Source: Candidatus Bathyarchaeota archaeon
GTDB taxonomy: Archaea; Thermoproteota; Bathyarchaeia; Bathyarchaeales; Bathycorpusculaceae
Assembly (NCBI GenBank): GCA_963806535.1
Contig: CAWDYC010000004.1
Location: forward strand, 1-64,000
Direction: 5' to 3'
Length of the DNA stretch: 64,000 nt
In this document: in pieces, positions 24,185-36,082 of the stretch
Position numbering within the stretch: position 1 is the stretch's first letter
How the letters are laid out: every line of letters begins with the position of its first letter
The notes under the pieces: generated by a model
What the model saw: only the letters and a program-made list of their open reading frames with translations
What the model was told of the DNA's origin: nothing
Database searches by the model: none
Translations under genes and position numbers: made by a program

Positions 24185-25398
24185 TCCGGATAATTTGCCT
24201 CTAGGAAGGCTCTGAATAGCTGAACATTTCTTTTCTCCCGCGTTTCATATTTTAAATAGCCTTTTCGAAGTTTGGCTTTAACTTGGTTATACTGGTTGAA
24301 GAGTTTCTCAACATTATCACTCAAAAGTTTGTATCGGTCTGGGTCTTCGTGGTCAACGAATAATTCGGGTATTTCTAAGTCAGTATAGAGATCTTTGATT
24401 CTTAGGTCGTGGCCAATTGCTGTTTGAGGGACATGGTGTGGTAGAGATAAAACCCCTGCGTGGTACCTCGATGTAATCAGTAAGTCTAAACTTCTTAGTA
24501 CACTTGCCATTTGGGACGCGTTATATTGCGTGGAGCTAAACACTTTAGTTCTGTCGGCATGTTTCATTAGGTTCTGGATTTTGGTTGTGAACGTGGTGTC
24601 TAATCCTTCCATGCTTAGAAGTGCAATGTCTTTATCGTATTTTTCAATTATTTCATCAGCTTGGACTGCAAGAACATCGGCAAGTAGTTCGCTCTTTTGC
24701 TGGCACGCTTTTGAGTGTTGGTAATAGTATGGCCATCTGTAACAATATTTTTTTCTGCCCCAAGGTCTTATCTGAACGGGCCATATGTAGATATCTTCGG
24801 CGGCCATGCCTACTACGCGAGAGGCTTCCGGCCACACTCGTTTGATCAAATCGTGGTCTTGAGGTTTTGGCCTAAATGCAAATGCATTGTCGGCTGTGAC
24901 TTCAATTGGCGCTTTCACACCCAATAATTGGAGTCGCTCAGCTGCTTCTTTAGTTCTTGCAAGAATCAAATTGGTTTTGCTTGCTTCGCGACGAATTAGC
25001 CAGCGGTTGAAGCGAGAAGCATTGCCTGCATCAACGGAGTAGGCGATGCAAGGTTTTTTCATTGAGTGAGCATATCTTGTGGCTAATAGATAACACCACA
25101 AAAGGGCTGCCCCCCAAGTATCCATATAACAACTTCCTTCAACAAGAACGATCAAATCATTCTGTTTAACATATTTCCAAATATCATAAAAGAAGATTGA
25201 TGGTCTGACTGGTTTAATTCTTAAGTTTGGGCCTTCTTGTAGGTATCTTCGAAGATTTGTTTCGTTAAGCGAGGGAACAGTAATACATGCTTCTGAACCA
25301 AGAACTGAACGTATCTCATTAATGATGACGAGGAGTTTTGCTTCGGCGCCTGTGTTGTTTGCGCCGTTGTAGCCTACTAATAATATTCTTGGGTGCAA
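24172..25398 (-). CDS. Polysaccharide pyruvyl transferase family protein
   Basis: GYNGANNTGAEA and SRYHA motifs. Confidence 0.8.
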   Translation of the reverse strand: MHPRILLVGYNGANNTGAEAKLLVIINEIRSVLGSEACITVPSLNETNLRRYLQEGPNLRIKPVRPSIFFYDIWKYVKQNDLIVLVEGSCYMDTWGAALLWCYLLATRYAHSMKKPCIAYSVDAGNASRFNRWLIRREASKTNLILARTKEAAERLQLLGVKAPIEVTADNAFAFRPKPQDHDLIKRVWPEASRVVGMAAEDIYIWPVQIRPWGRKKYCYRWPYYYQHSKACQQKSELLADVLAVQADEIIEKYDKDIALLSMEGLDTTFTTKIQNLMKHADRTKVFSSTQYNASQMASVLRSLDLLITSRYHAGVLSLPHHVPQTAIGHDLRIKDLYTDLEIPELFVDHEDPDRYKLLSDNVEKLFNQYNQVKAKLRKGYLKYETREKRNVQLFRAFLEANYPEWLP

Positions 25399-25613
25399 TT
25401 TCTTTGACTACGGATAATATTGAAATCGGGGTTTATAGATTTTTTCATGTAAATTCTATATAGAAGCAAGCAGCCAATATACATTAAAATCACTAAATTT
25501 TGAGCAAAATATCGTTCTAAGCATTTGATTCACCGATAAAAATAAAAACTTATCTTTCAATAGATTAATTGCGTATTATTAAATCGCTGAAATTATGTGA
25601 GAGGTGATTTTGA

Positions 25614-25943
25614 ATGAAGAAATTTATGGTTTTATACATGGCACCTATATCCGCTGAAGCGCAAATGAATGTGAGTCCTGAAGAAATGAAGAAAGGAATG
25701 GAACCGTGGAATGCATGGTACAAAAAATGCGGAAAAGCAATCGTTGACATGGGTGCCCCATTAGGAAAAGGAACCTGCATAGACAAGAAAGGAAGTACCA
25801 AGGGGCAAACTCAGGTAACTGGATATACTATTGTTCAGGCAAAAGATATGGAAGCTGCAAAGGCAATTTTCGCTGACCATCCCCACTTTATGTTGCCTAA
25901 AGCTAGCATTGAAGTCCTTGAAATCATGCCAATGAATATGTAG
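25614..25943 (+). CDS. YciI/DGPF-like protein
   Basis: MKKFMVLY...GAPL...GYTIVQAKDMEAA...HPH. Confidence 0.7.
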   Translation: MKKFMVLYMAPISAEAQMNVSPEEMKKGMEPWNAWYKKCGKAIVDMGAPLGKGTCIDKKGSTKGQTQVTGYTIVQAKDMEAAKAIFADHPHFMLPKASIEVLEIMPMNM

Positions 25944-25991
25944 GGTTAAAAGCTAAGCCCACTTTTTTTGTTACTAACTTTTTCTGTAAAT

Positions 25992-26089
25992 AGACAAGAA
26001 CTTTTGAGAAAAGCCTTGTTTCTTGATAAAAATCCAGTCAAACTTTCTTGACTAACCCTGTGCGTTCGATTAGTCAAAATTTCTTGACG
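25992..26089. promoter_or_regulatory. Repeated palindromic operator-like sites GTCAA-N6-TTGAC
   Basis: AGTCAAACTTTCTTGACT (26036-26053), AGTCAAAATTTCTTGACG (26072-26089), weaker copy at 25992, just upstream of a TATA-like box. Confidence 0.5.
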
Positions 26090-26133
26090 AAAAAAGTCTT
26101 AAGCAGAAATGATACGGCTAATGTTGATGAGAA

Positions 26134-26811
26134 ATGAAAAATTGTGTCGCCTTAATCTTGTTAAGCCTTATTATTTCTGCTTCAATCATTGCCTCACCAG
26201 CCTGCGCCAATGGTGTGCCTTCGGTAGGCGTCAAAAAAGGCGATTGGATTGAATACAACATTAACATAACTGGTACTCCGCCTCCGATACATAATGTTAC
26301 TTGGATGAGAATAGAGGTTTTGCAGGTTCAAGGAGTAGCATTCGAGGTAAATCTAACAAATAAATTCGCTAACGGTACATTATCCAGTTCTATTTGGAAG
26401 TTTAACTTTACTGCAGGTCAAACTGAAGGGTGGATAATTATTCCTTCCAGTCTTAATCCTGGAGATACATTCTACGACGCTTCAAAACCGGCAAACATAA
26501 CTATTCAAGGTCAACAGCAAAAAACAGTGGTTGGCGCAAGCCGAACTGTAACATATGCAAACGATTCAATTAAGACCAAGGAATGGGATAAAACAACTGG
26601 CGTCTTTACTCAATCTTCAGAAAATCTACGAAACTGGAGCGCCTATGTATACGCTACTAATACTAACATGTGGAGCCCTCAATTTTTGGGATTAGACCAA
26701 ACAATTTTCTTCACAGTTATTACGATTGTTGCAGCAGCAGTTGTAATTGCGATTTCAGGATTTGCATTTGCACGAAGAATGAGAAACAAAATGGGAGTGA
26801 AATCTGATTGA
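26134..26811 (+). CDS. Secreted, C-terminally anchored hypothetical protein
   Basis: Signal peptide, VGVKKGDWIEY, C-terminal TM plus RRMRNK. Confidence 0.75.
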   Translation: MKNCVALILLSLIISASIIASPACANGVPSVGVKKGDWIEYNINITGTPPPIHNVTWMRIEVLQVQGVAFEVNLTNKFANGTLSSSIWKFNFTAGQTEGWIIIPSSLNPGDTFYDASKPANITIQGQQQKTVVGASRTVTYANDSIKTKEWDKTTGVFTQSSENLRNWSAYVYATNTNMWSPQFLGLDQTIFFTVITIVAAAVVIAISGFAFARRMRNKMGVKSD

Positions 26812-27223
26812 GTGCGCAGGAGATTAATCTTGTTATGCAAACTATTTGGACAGCTCTCGTCTTAGTAAGCATGTGGTTCAGAAAAAAAGGCAATTATCTT
26901 GTACACGGAATTATTATGGTAGTTGTAGTCGGCGTAACGTTTGCAAGTTTTTCTGCAGTACTACTTATGTCTCCCCTGAACGAAAGTTCCATGCAAACAT
27001 ATTTCAGTACATCTTTGAATTTGGCTCAATTCATTTCGCATACCATTCTTTCAATCCCAGCGGTATTCTTTGGCGTATGGCTTGTCGCTCTATGGCGTCC
27101 TAGGTCAATATCATTTGCATCCAAGAGTAAAAGAATAGCACAAATAACAGCAATTCCATGGTCCTGTCATATGTAGCAGGCGTCATGGGTTTTGTAGCTA
27201 GACACATTACTCTTTTTGGATAA
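26808..27223 (+). CDS. Small multi-pass membrane protein (DUF420-like)
   Basis: Four hydrophobic helices with two His residues; frameshift near the 3' end. Confidence 0.55.
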
Positions 27224-27381
27224 GCAATTTCTTCAGGACAATTTCACTTCGAAGATTAACTTGTGATTTGAGCCACAATTTGCTTATTGATTTGCCAGCA
27301 CTCAAAAAATTAGCTTCGTTTTAGTTTCCATTATCTCAATCCAAAAGGAGAAAGATAGCATCACACTAAAGAAAAAACCAT

Positions 27382-27570
27382 TTATTTGCAAAGTTTTTTG
27401 AAGACTGAACATTCTAGGCATTGGTTTGTTGTGCATATATCCTCATTAAAAGGACAACTGCGGAATATCTTAGGAAGATAATCATTTAAGGCCTTATTCT
27501 CCACTGAATCAAAATCTAATCGGGCATTACTTAGAAGTGTTCGTATTTCTTCCGTAGTCTTTTGGGTCAT
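27382..27570 (-). CDS. Small Cys-rich hypothetical protein
   Basis: CPFNEDICTTNQCLEC; RBS-like GGAGA upstream. Confidence 0.5.
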   Translation of the reverse strand: MTQKTTEEIRTLLSNARLDFDSVENKALNDYLPKIFRSCPFNEDICTTNQCLECSVFKKLCK

Positions 27571-27804
27571 TTCTTAAATCTCCGACAATTTTATTTAAAA
27601 AAGAATTATTGAAGCCTTCCTTTCTCCTGGTAAATTCCTTTAAATAAGACAAATGTCAAAAAAGCTTATAAACCATATTTCGAAAACGAAATATCAAGAA
27701 AAAACACTAATGTTTTATTTTCTATCTACGATTTTTTTGAAAAGAGAAAATCAAGTAAATGTTGTTCCGCAGAAATAAGAGCAAATACTGTCTAAACTTA
27801 TAAT

Positions 27805-28503
27805 TTAATAGATTGTTTCTGACATTATACGCCTAAATATTTCAGTAGCATGCCTGACCTTAAGTTTCTTTTCCCCTAATCGTTCACGATAATTGATCGG
27901 AATCTCAATTATGCCAAAACCCCGCCGCACGATATGATTATTAAGTTCAACTTCAACGTCAAAGCCTTCCGATTTTATCCTCCAGTTTCTAAGAAGTTCA
28001 GAACGTACCACCCGCAAACCTGTCAACGGATCCTCCAAAGCAATTCCATTTAGAAAGTTGTGTGTAAAAGCTATGAGACGGTTACCAAAATAAAACATAT
28101 CGTGCAGTGCATTTGGATCTACATGACCATTGAATCGGTTACCGCAAACCATACCAACGTCAGGATTTTGCTCCAGAAGACGAATCATTTCAGGGATGTA
28201 ATGAGCAGGATATGTGTAATCTGCATCGGTGATAACAACGTAATCAACCGTTAAATCTAAATGTTCAAGCCCCTTGGCCAGAGCATTACCTTTACCTTTC
28301 CCATCCTGAATAACAATCTGGGCACCCAAGTTCCGAGCTATTTCAACCGTTCGATCTGTGCTTTTTCCATCAACAACTAGCACACAAGAGTTGCCAAGTG
28401 CATCGTAAAGCTCAGAGATGGTGAGCCCTATGCCCTCTTCCTCATTCAAAGCAGCAATTATTACTTGCATCGAATGGATACATCCTTCCTCGTCTTTGAA
28501 CAC
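27805..28503 (-). CDS. Glycosyltransferase family 2 (DPM-like)
   Basis: AALNEE, VDGKSTD, GKG, DADYTY, GFDVEVE. Confidence 0.9.
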   Translation of the reverse strand: MFKDEEGCIHSMQVIIAALNEEEGIGLTISELYDALGNSCVLVVDGKSTDRTVEIARNLGAQIVIQDGKGKGNALAKGLEHLDLTVDYVVITDADYTYPAHYIPEMIRLLEQNPDVGMVCGNRFNGHVDPNALHDMFYFGNRLIAFTHNFLNGIALEDPLTGLRVVRSELLRNWRIKSEGFDVEVELNNHIVRRGFGIIEIPINYRERLGEKKLKVRHATEIFRRIMSETIY

Positions 28504-28765
28504 TCAGCAAACTCCTGTCTTAGCGAATAGAAACATAATATTATATAAAATTATATTACGGAAAAAGTAACATCCAGAAATCGAAATCTATCTGCTTTAA
28601 ATACTAATTTAAACAATAATCGAAATGCTGTTTTTTGTAAGACATTTTTAAAAATTATGTTCAATTCTTCCTATATTTAGATTATATAGACGCTAATGTT
28701 CAATGGAATAAAAGCTTATATATCAAGGGCTCAAGTATGAAAATAGTGTAGAAGCGGGCGACTAA

Positions 28766-28978
28766 ATGATAAAATCCGTAAGCAGAAAAAAGCGTAGCAA
28801 ACTCGCAATAGTCATGCTTGCACCCCTCCTCATGGTTGTGTTCATAGTCGGTTGGAGCCTCGCCACAGTAGGACTAGCAGACAAACAGACTTTAGCCCTA
28901 TCATCAATCAACTTACTGTACTTGATCCACAAAAAACCTAGCGTAATTAGCAATATTAGATCTGAAAAAATGAATTAA
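28766..28978 (+). CDS. Small membrane protein
   Basis: Basic N-terminus plus one TM helix; TATA-like TTATATA upstream. Confidence 0.35.
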   Translation: MIKSVSRKKRSKLAIVMLAPLLMVVFIVGWSLATVGLADKQTLALSSINLLYLIHKKPSVISNIRSEKMN

Positions 28979-29511
28979 AAATCAGCCATGATAGAGTGAG
29001 CACAAAAAACAGAATATTTCCTCAATAGATCCATAGACAAACAACAAGACTGTCCTCAAAAATCCACCACATTTCTTTTGCGATAATTTTTTTCGTTGAA
29101 CTTACTTGACAGCTTTAAGACTATAGACAAGAGTCTTTTTGATTTTAGCCTTTTAGGGTTCCGACCGATTTATTGTACGAAATATTCTAAACCGTACTTA
29201 GTTAGTGATTTCACTTTCGCAGGATTTTCCTTATCTAAACATATTGGGCGAAAATGTTCAAAATGAAATAAAAAAATCGTTAATTTGCCTAGCCATGACG
29301 GAACTTTAGTTTTTAAGATTTCAGCAGATGTGAATTTGCTCCGTGAGCAGAATATTTTTCGACGGTTTGTGAAAATGGATTAGGAATGGCTCTGATGCTT
29401 GTATTACAATTATTTTCTCGATTTATTTTAAAAAAACAGAATTGTAAACGGGATTAGTATTCTGTGGCAAAAACTTGGAATTTATTAATCTTTTCCCAAA
29501 TTTGTACAAAA

Positions 29512-29591
29512 TTATAAATAGTTATAGCTTTGATATAGCTGGCTGAACGGAAGCGAGCGTTTGCCTAATAAAAACTTGCTTTCCGTTTAAC
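29512..29591 (+). promoter_or_regulatory. TATA box and structured 5' leader
   Basis: TTATAAATA at 29512; TGAACGGAAGCGAG pairs with CTTGCTTTCCGTTTA, including G-U pairs. Confidence 0.55.
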
Positions 29592-29614
29592 AAAATTAAA
29601 GGAAAGAAAAAAAA

Positions 29615-32422
29615 ATGAAAACACAAAAAAATAAAATTATAACTATTTCGATTGCGTTACTCTTAATGCTTTCAATGGCAGCCTCAATGATACTAACGCC
29701 AAGTACATTAGCACAAGTTTACTTTCCACCAGGATATCAAGTTCCGACCTATGCTTTCATTAACGTAGCTCCAAACCCTATTGGTGTTGGACAAACAGTC
29801 AACGTTAACTTCTTCCTCTCTTCAGTTATCGAAACCAGTGAATTTGCGCAAAACATGATAGTTACAGATAACAGATCCCACAGGCACAACTACGACGAAG
29901 GGACCCTACGTAAGCGATGCGACTGGAGGCACATTCTTCAATTTCGTTCCAGACAAAGTTGGCAACTACACATTCCAATTCTTCTATGGCGGACAAACAA
30001 CAATCGGAACCAATTACACGAGGGGTGGCTTTGGTAACCTTGTACAAATGCCTAGCACAAGCATACCTTACACGCTTGTAGTGCAGCAAGAACCGATAGT
30101 TCAAACTGCGTATCCGATAACTCCGCTTCCGACAACATATTGGCAAACTCCGGTTTCCGCTGAAAACGTGCAGCAATGGGCCAAGATTACTGGCGACTGG
30201 CTTGGTTTGGGCTCAATCACTTTCGCGTCCACTGGCACGTACAATGCTACCACACGATACAATCCATACACTGCTTCGGTGCTTTCTGGTCACGTTCTCT
30301 GGACAAAAGAATGGCTTGCTGGTGGTGTGGCTGGTGGAGAAAGCGTTGGAGCTACGGGTGGAACTGAAGATTCGGGTTCCTACTGGTCAACTAGGCAGTA
30401 TCAGCCTCAATATGCACCAGTCATAATCAACGGCAAAATGTACTCCACTTCGTATCCAGAAGCCACGAATTTAGCACATGGTATTATTTGCACAGATCTA
30501 TACACTGGAGCAACACTCTGGACAATAAACACTACTAACGCTCTGCGATGCGGCATGGTTGTTAAATACCACATGGCAAACCAGTACGGTGCTGTTGGTC
30601 CATACATCTGGACTACTGGAACTCTTCCTGCGTGCGACACTGGTGGAAGGCAAATTGGATCGCAGTCTAACGCTGTTGGCGCTACGACACCATCGCCATA
30701 TATGAACACTACAGGAACACAATGGAATCTGTATTCTGGCTGGGATGGAAAATACATTTGCAGTATTGTCAACGGCTCTGGTTTGACGCTTAGAGAAGAT
30801 GATAATGGAAACTTAATCGGCTACTACATTAACAGCACTAGTGGCACAGAAAGGACATATCCTAACCCAGGATCAGCCGCACCCGCAGGTTCAATCTCCA
30901 CGGGAAATCCAACAGTCATGGTGACCTCCACTGGACCGCACTTAACATGCTTTAACCTAACCATGGCTCTTGGCATGGCCGATGCTTTTGGATGGGGCCC
31001 AACACAGAACAATCCATACAATTGGCAAAGCGGAGTGATGTGGACCGTACCACTTCCTAATGCTACAGATGATGGCAAACCGATAGCCTCGGCGCTCGTT
31101 GATCCATCAATGTCTCTCTCGTTGAACTCGATAACTGGCAACGAATTGATGTTTAGCGCTGGATTCGTTCACATGCAAGGAGGCGGAGATGAAGTTCCTG
31201 GTTGGTTGATTTACTGTGCAATGGACATGAACGATGGTCATCTATTGTATTGCAAAAACTACACCTATGCAGCCGGAGCAACAGAATATCTACCGTTCAC
31301 TAGGACAAGCCGTGGATTCGGAGATGGAATGTGGGCTACTGTAAGCTTGGTTAGTTGGGACATGAATGCATACGATTCACGCACTGGAAACAAAATATGG
31401 ACATCAAAGCTTCAAACTCCATACGGTGACGGAACACCAAACGTCTACGACAATTTCGGAATTAGCAACGCATTCGTGGAGATAAACTGCTTTGGTACGG
31501 CTTAGGAGGAGACATATGGTGTCAAGACGCGAAGACCGGAAAACAACTATGGTACACGAACACAACTACGCTGATTGGTAACCCAGGTATTGAGACGCCT
31601 TATGACGTTTGGCCTTTGTGGGTTTTCAGCTCACCTGGCTACACGACTGACGTGGCGTACTTGACTATTGGTCACGAGTATAATCCGCCGTTGTTCCATG
31701 GCTCGCAGATGCTAGCTGTTAACATGACTGATGGATCGCTGGTTTGGAGTGAACTTGGCATGTACATTAGGTCTACAGCAATCGCAGACAACATTATGCT
31801 ATCGATGAACGCATATGACAACCAAATTTACGCTTTCGGAAAGGGTCCTAGCACTATGACTGTTTCGGCTCCAAACATTGGAGTGACAACAGCTACACCG
31901 ATCACGATAACGGGCACAGTGATGGATATTTCGCCTGGCACACACGCAATAACTCAACCTGACATAACGCTAACAAAGCAAAATGAGATCGCATTGAACT
32001 TCCCCAATGGTGTCCCATGCGTTTCTGACGCAAGCCAAAGCAGATGGATGGAATATGTCTATCAGCAACAACCAATGCCAACCAACACAACAGGTGTTCC
32101 AGTGACAATCAGCGTATTGGACTCCAACAACAACTTCAGAACAATTGGAACAACCACAAGCTCCGCAAGCGGCTTCTACAGCTACGTTTGGACACCTGAC
32201 ATTACAGGGACATTCCACATCTATGCATCATTCGCAGGCTCTAACTCCTACTATGGTTCATCAGCTGAAACATCCATTAACGCAATCCAACCACCCACAA
32301 CAGCGCCAACACAGCAAGCAGTGCAACAACAAGCCGACTATAACATCCCAATTATTGGGGTGGGAATCGCAATGATAATTGCGGTTGCATTAGTAGGTTT
32401 GATACTCTACAGGAAACATTAA
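29615..32422 (+). CDS. PQQ-like beta-propeller cell-surface protein, paralog 2 (frameshifted)
   Basis: PTYAFINVAPNPIGVGQT, GHVLWTK, GHEYNPPLFHG, PCVSDASQSRWMEYVYQQQP, TM plus RKH. Confidence 0.85.
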
Positions 32423-32965
32423 ATAGAAAAATCAAAAATCTTACTTCCCTTTTTTTTGGATTTTCAGTCCAGTGTGAACTCTAAAATATTCAGTTCTTTT
32501 TGCATTATACTATTAAAAAGTCCACTGTGACAAACAGATTTTAATGTTTATGGAGTTTTCAAGAAAAAGAAAATACATGCCAATTAGCTGCCCGATTTCT
32601 TTTGTTTTCAAAACAAATTATGCTTGGTCTTAAAGGGCTAACCGCGAGAATCTAGTTGAAAAAGCAGCGTTTTTTTGGGTTTGTAAGCTTACAATTTTCG
32701 GAATGATGTTTATTAGCGGGCGCTTCGGCAATAGATTGGAGAAGGCAGAAGTGTATATTATAATTGAGAAGTGCTGGAAGGTTTTGAAAAGCGAGTTTTC
32801 CGAGTATTATCTCGCCATTTTTTCTAGGAAGGAAGGAGCTCCAATTTGCATAGTCTTATGCTTAATGACAATTGGGTCTTACGTATTAATGCACATTTAA
32901 TCTCTATTGCTCAAAAGAATTGAAAAAAGAAAAAAGGGCTGTTTGCTAGTTTCGAGTTTTTTATT

Positions 32966-35900
32966 TTAGGGTGCTTTAGTTGGGTGCTTTCTTTTTTGCA
33001 TTAGCCCCATTGTAACTGCACCGAGGATGATTATGGCTGCTATAACTGTAACGTATTGGCCTATTGTTGCAAGCGTTATTGTCGGAGTTGGGCTGGGATT
33101 AGTGGTCGAAGTAGGTGTAGCTGTTGGTGAAGGTGATGGAGTTGGTGATGTTGTGGGATGTGACGAGTTTATTGAGGGTTGGCTTATTGTCCAATAGAAT
33201 CTTGGTATTGAAATTGTTGATGGATATGTTTGAGTGGTGAATACGACATCTATTTGATGAGTGCTGAAATGAGTTGTGTACGTTATGTAGAAGTTGTCAG
33301 AGTCTTCAGTACATAATTGGTTTTCAGCAACTACGCCGTCTATGTAAACTACTGGATTCGTTCCGAAGGGTATGGCTATTTTTGGAAGGGTTAAGTAGCA
33401 GAAGCCTTCTGTTCCGGCAGGTCCAGTTAAATTAAAGTTTACTGTGGTAATCTTAAGGTCTTGATTTGGCGTAATTGTCATGTTAGAGAACTGATCTACA
33501 GTTACATTGCCACCGATCTGCACAGCATAGGTTGTATTGTCTGTGGTTTCAGTTGCGATAATAGTATTGCTGTTACTTTGGGTGAAAGCTATTGTTTTAG
33601 AAATATCGGATCCTGCAATAGTCAATGTTCCTGAATAATCAGCAGTTGCGTACCCATTTGGCGCTGTCAATGTGTAAGTGTAGTCACCGTCAGCATAGCC
33701 GGTGAAGGTTATGGTGTCTGTAGTTGAAGTTTGAGTTACTCCGTTAAAAGTTACGCTCCAACTTGTTCCTGAGGCTAAGCCGTTTTGGTTGAAAATCACA
33801 TTGAAGACATTTGGTGTATTGTTGGACTCTTCGATGAACACTGGCGTTAGGGTTAGGTTTGAGTCCAATGTTAGAGTTATTGGGTTGCTTGAGTTTGTTT
33901 CGTCGCCAATTATCCAATTGGAGAAAATGTATCCTGGCGCTGCGGTTGCGGTGATATTTACTTCTGAACCATAGGGGTAAATGTGTACTCCAGAGGTTAG
34001 ATTTGTTGCTCCGCCTACTGACTCTGTGATGTTAAGTTGCAGACTTGTGGTGACATCGAATACCTCAATTAAGTGATCTTGGTTCATGGTTACTGAAAAT
34101 GAAATGTCAGTGGTGTTTACGCCGTCAATACCTAAGTGGTCAAATGTCCATTCCGGCGGCATGTTGTCTAAGTCTACTTCGCCGCTAAAAACTTGCCCTT
34201 CAACGAATGTCATCGTCTCATTATCAGTTAATACATCATCAACGAACAGTCTGACTGTTAGGTTGTAGGTGCGCGTGAAGTTAGCAGTAATGGTTTTGTC
34301 GCTGTCTATGGTTATGGAAGTGTTTGTTGCGCCTGATGCGTCTCCGCTCCAACCGCTAAAAATCCAGCCATCAGCAGGAATCGCTACAAGGTCTACGTTG
34401 GTTCCTAACGGATAACTTTGGTTACCAGGTAAAACGGTGCCTTGACCGACCGTGATTATGGTTAAGCTGTAGGTTTCTTGAGTAAATGTGGCAGTTACTG
34501 TTTTATCGGTATCGATGGTTATGGAAGTGTTCGTTGTGCCTGATGCATCGCCGCTCCAACCGCTAAAAGTCCAGCCGTCAGCGGGTATTGCTTCTAAATC
34601 AACGTATGAGCCTACGGCGTACGTTTGGTTGCCTGGGTTAACTGTTCCTTGTCCCACAGTGTTCATGGTTAAGGTGTGTTGGTCAAGTGAACCGTATGCG
34701 TTTAATTCGCCCCAACCTGAGGATATGTAGAGTATACCGTTGGCGATAACTGGAGAAGTGCCTTCAGATTCAAACATGTCCACATATTGATTCCAAATTT
34801 CTTCGCCAGTGAATGCATTTACCGCATGTAACTGCATGAAGTCGCTGTAATAGAGCATGCTGCCTGCAACGACAGGTTGACCTCGTGTATAGTCCGATGT
34901 CGCGCCCACCCATATTTGGCTGCCAGTGGTTGCATTCAAAGCACACATGGAACCGCCATAAACACACAAATAAACCATACCATGAGCTATAGCCACACTG
35001 CCTAAATCGACCATAGAGCTAGTCCATATCTCCGCCCCAGTTGTTACATTGAGAGCAACTGTCATGCCAACGCCATTTCCATCATAAAAACTTGAATAAA
35101 CAATGCCGTCTGCTACAGCAGGTGAAGTTACAGAGTCCCCTGATATTCCATAGTGCCAGAGTTCTGTGCCGCTGGTTGCGTTTAAAGCGTAGGTGTTTCC
35201 ATCATTTGAACTGATAAAAACTATACCGTAAGCAACTGCAGGTGAAGACGAAACGGCTCCGCCTGTTGTATGGCTCCAAAGAAGAGTGCCGTCGGCTGCG
35301 TCAAAAGCGTATGCTTTGTTATCGTCTGAGCCTATGTAGAGAACGCCATTATCTACGGCTGGAGATGACTCGATTGTGCTGCCTGTACTGTAAGTCCAGA
35401 CTGAGCTGCCTGTACTATCATTTATGGCTAAAACTGTGCCATCGCCTGCGCCAATATATATTATGCCATTGCAAACAGCAGGTGAAGAAGAATCAATGTA
35501 TGTGCCTACATTGTATGTTGTAATCAGGGCGCCTGTAGTTGCGTTAACAACATCCAGATTGTCAAAATCGCCATTCGCCAAGTACAAAATGCCGTCAACA
35601 ACTGCAGGACTTGACCCCATCATTCCCATCATAAAACCCCCTATCGATTGCGTCCACAAAAGGTTGCTTGTTAGGGGCGCCGGGGAAGTCGAGTATCCGT
35701 TGTGGGTTACGCCGTTTCCAGACATCCACCAATTGTACGATTGCGCAGTGAACGTCACTGAATGCTGGCTATTGGCGCCGTTTACAATTAGTGTGTCTGA
35801 TGTAGTTGATGTATCATAGCCTGTTGGAGCATTGATGATGTAGCTGTGTGTGCCATCTGCAATGCCTTGGAACATGACTGTGGAAGTTGTGCTGGTTACG

Positions 35901-36082
35901 GTTGTGTCGTCTAAGGTGACTGACCAGCTAATGCCTGAGGCTAAACCAGTCTCGGAGAATGTCACGTTGTATGCAGGTTCCGCTGAAGCGGTCGTTGTGT
36001 ATAAAGCTGCGTAGAAAGCTAAGCATAACAAACTGATTATTACTATTGATAATGATTTATTTTTGTTCATTTGTTCAATCAA
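32966..36082 (-). CDS. Large surface protein: PQQ/BamB-like propeller, InlB-B-type repeats, Ig-like domains, TM anchor
   Basis: Repeated SSPAVxxGxxY...W units; two AIPADGWxFSGWSGDASG repeats; FxExGLxSGxSWSVT domains; P/T linker plus TM. Confidence 0.85.
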   Translation of the reverse strand: MIEQMNKNKSLSIVIISLLCLAFYAALYTTTASAEPAYNVTFSETGLASGISWSVTLDDTTVTSTTSTVMFQGIADGTHSYIINAPTGYDTSTTSDTLIVNGANSQHSVTFTAQSYNWWMSGNGVTHNGYSTSPAPLTSNLLWTQSIGGFMMGMMGSSPAVVDGILYLANGDFDNLDVVNATTGALITTYNVGTYIDSSSPAVCNGIIYIGAGDGTVLAINDSTGSSVWTYSTGSTIESSPAVDNGVLYIGSDDNKAYAFDAADGTLLWSHTTGGAVSSSPAVAYGIVFISSNDGNTYALNATSGTELWHYGISGDSVTSPAVADGIVYSSFYDGNGVGMTVALNVTTGAEIWTSSMVDLGSVAIAHGMVYLCVYGGSMCALNATTGSQIWVGATSDYTRGQPVVAGSMLYYSDFMQLHAVNAFTGEEIWNQYVDMFESEGTSPVIANGILYISSGWGELNAYGSLDQHTLTMNTVGQGTVNPGNQTYAVGSYVDLEAIPADGWTFSGWSGDASGTTNTSITIDTDKTVTATFTQETYSLTIITVGQGTVLPGNQSYPLGTNVDLVAIPADGWIFSGWSGDASGATNTSITIDSDKTITANFTRTYNLTVRLFVDDVLTDNETMTFVEGQVFSGEVDLDNMPPEWTFDHLGIDGVNTTDISFSVTMNQDHLIEVFDVTTSLQLNITESVGGATNLTSGVHIYPYGSEVNITATAAPGYIFSNWIIGDETNSSNPITLTLDSNLTLTPVFIEESNNTPNVFNVIFNQNGLASGTSWSVTFNGVTQTSTTDTITFTGYADGDYTYTLTAPNGYATADYSGTLTIAGSDISKTIAFTQSNSNTIIATETTDNTTYAVQIGGNVTVDQFSNMTITPNQDLKITTVNFNLTGPAGTEGFCYLTLPKIAIPFGTNPVVYIDGVVAENQLCTEDSDNFYITYTTHFSTHQIDVVFTTQTYPSTISIPRFYWTISQPSINSSHPTTSPTPSPSPTATPTSTTNPSPTPTITLATIGQYVTVIAAIIILGAVTMGLMQKRKHPTKAP

